Source: Methanomicrobiaceae archaeon | GTDB lineage: Archaea; Halobacteriota; Methanomicrobia; Methanomicrobiales; Methanomicrobiaceae | Length of the DNA: 25,798 nucleotides | Direction: 5' to 3' | Assembly: GCA_030628325.1 (NCBI GenBank) | Contig: DAOVRB010000001.1 | Location: 1-25,798, forward strand | Shown: positions 25,375 through 25,798 of the stretch, in pieces | Layout: each line of letters starts with the position of its first letter | How positions within the stretch are numbered: the stretch's first letter is position 1 | The notes under the pieces: generated by a model | Told to the model about the DNA's origin: nothing | Database searches by the model: none | Seen by the model: the letters and a program-made list of their open reading frames with translations, nothing else | Program-made: the position numbers and the translations under genes

Positions 25375-25798
25375 TAACAAAAAGTTAGGAAGTGACAACC
25401 AAAAAGTTGTCAGTGACAACCAAAAAGTTGTCAGTGACAACCAAAAAGTTGTCAGTGACAACCAAAAAGTTGTCAGTGACAACCTAAATGGTTTAATAAG
25501 TGACAACTTTACCACTCCCATCACTTCAAACATGAAGGCGATTATGAAAGCGATAGCATCCGGCAAAACCAAAATCCAGACAATAATCAACAAGACAAAA
25601 GGAGATAAGGGTAACACACATAGAACCCTCCAAACCCTGATTAAAAAAGGTTTTGTTGAAAAGGAAGAATCAACAAACAGCTATTTTCTGACAATAAAAG
25701 GAAGCCAGAACCTGCTTAGATTTCTCAGTGATTTACCTGAAAATCAAGTGACAACCAAATCCTCGACCAGGTACACCACTGACAACCCAACTGACAAC
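25367..25798 (+). CDS. 5' part of a 409-aa winged-helix protein that wraps the origin (putative replication initiator or regulator)
   Basis: ATG 25367 overlaps the upstream stop; open frame MDDNKKLG(SDNQKVV)x4...MKAIMKAIASGKTKIQTIINKTKGDKGNTHRTLQTLIKKGFVEKEESTNSYFLTIKG is a MarR/ArsR-like wHTH; continues in frame 1 at base 1. Absent from the ORF track because it has no stop before the window end. Confidence 0.8.
   Translation, partial: MDDNKKLGSDNQKVVSDNQKVVSDNQKVVSDNQKVVSDNLNGLISDNFTTPITSNMKAIMKAIASGKTKIQTIINKTKGDKGNTHRTLQTLIKKGFVEKEESTNSYFLTIKGSQNLLRFLSDLPENQVTTKSSTRYTTDNPTDN
25391..25484 (+). repeat. 21-bp tandem repeat AGTGACAACCAAAAAGTTGTC x4 plus a partial copy, internally palindromic
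   Basis: Direct reading; each unit contains GACAAC-6nt-GTTGTC; encodes SDNQKVV. Confidence 0.95.
25658..25798 (+). repeat. Terminal direct repeat, right copy
   Basis: Identical to 1-141. Confidence 0.95.

Larger units (their letters stand above)
1..25657. mobile_element. Complete circular genome of a putative archaeal spindle-shaped-like (enveloped, non-tailed) virus
   Basis: 141-bp terminal identity with an ORF in frame across the join; two-helix hydrophobic capsid protein, Zot-like ATPase, adhesin, two tyrosine recombinases; archaeal TATA boxes; no tailed-virus hallmark genes. Confidence 0.8.

Noticed and set aside
25391-25484. Mini-CRISPR array (palindromic repeats)
   Set aside because: No variable spacers; head-to-tail tandem units
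25171-25617. Minus-strand 148-aa hydrophobic ORF
   Set aside because: Antisense to the wHTH gene and its repeat

Overview
The window is an apparently complete circular genome of about 25,657 bp. Bases 1-141 are repeated exactly at 25658-25798, which looks like an assembly overlap, and one ORF reads across the join. Gene content, TATA-box promoters and GGAGG/GGTGA ribosome-binding sites indicate an archaeal, membrane-containing dsDNA virus, most like the spindle (lemon)-shaped viruses. It encodes a small two-helix hydrophobic major capsid protein, a Zot/pI-like morphogenesis ATPase, a large signal-peptide adhesin and many small membrane proteins. I see no terminase, portal, HK97 capsid or DNA polymerase. 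Most notable: (i) a compact virus-encoded AglB/STT3-like oligosaccharyltransferase with near-complete catalytic motifs, in a genome whose virion proteins are rich in N-glycosylation sequons; (ii) a 1290-aa basic protein carrying putative nucleotidyltransferase and ADP-ribosyltransferase modules; (iii) a winged-helix gene containing an array of TGACAAC direct and inverted repeats that resembles iterons; (iv) two different tyrosine recombinases. All family calls come from motif recognition by eye; no database search was possible.
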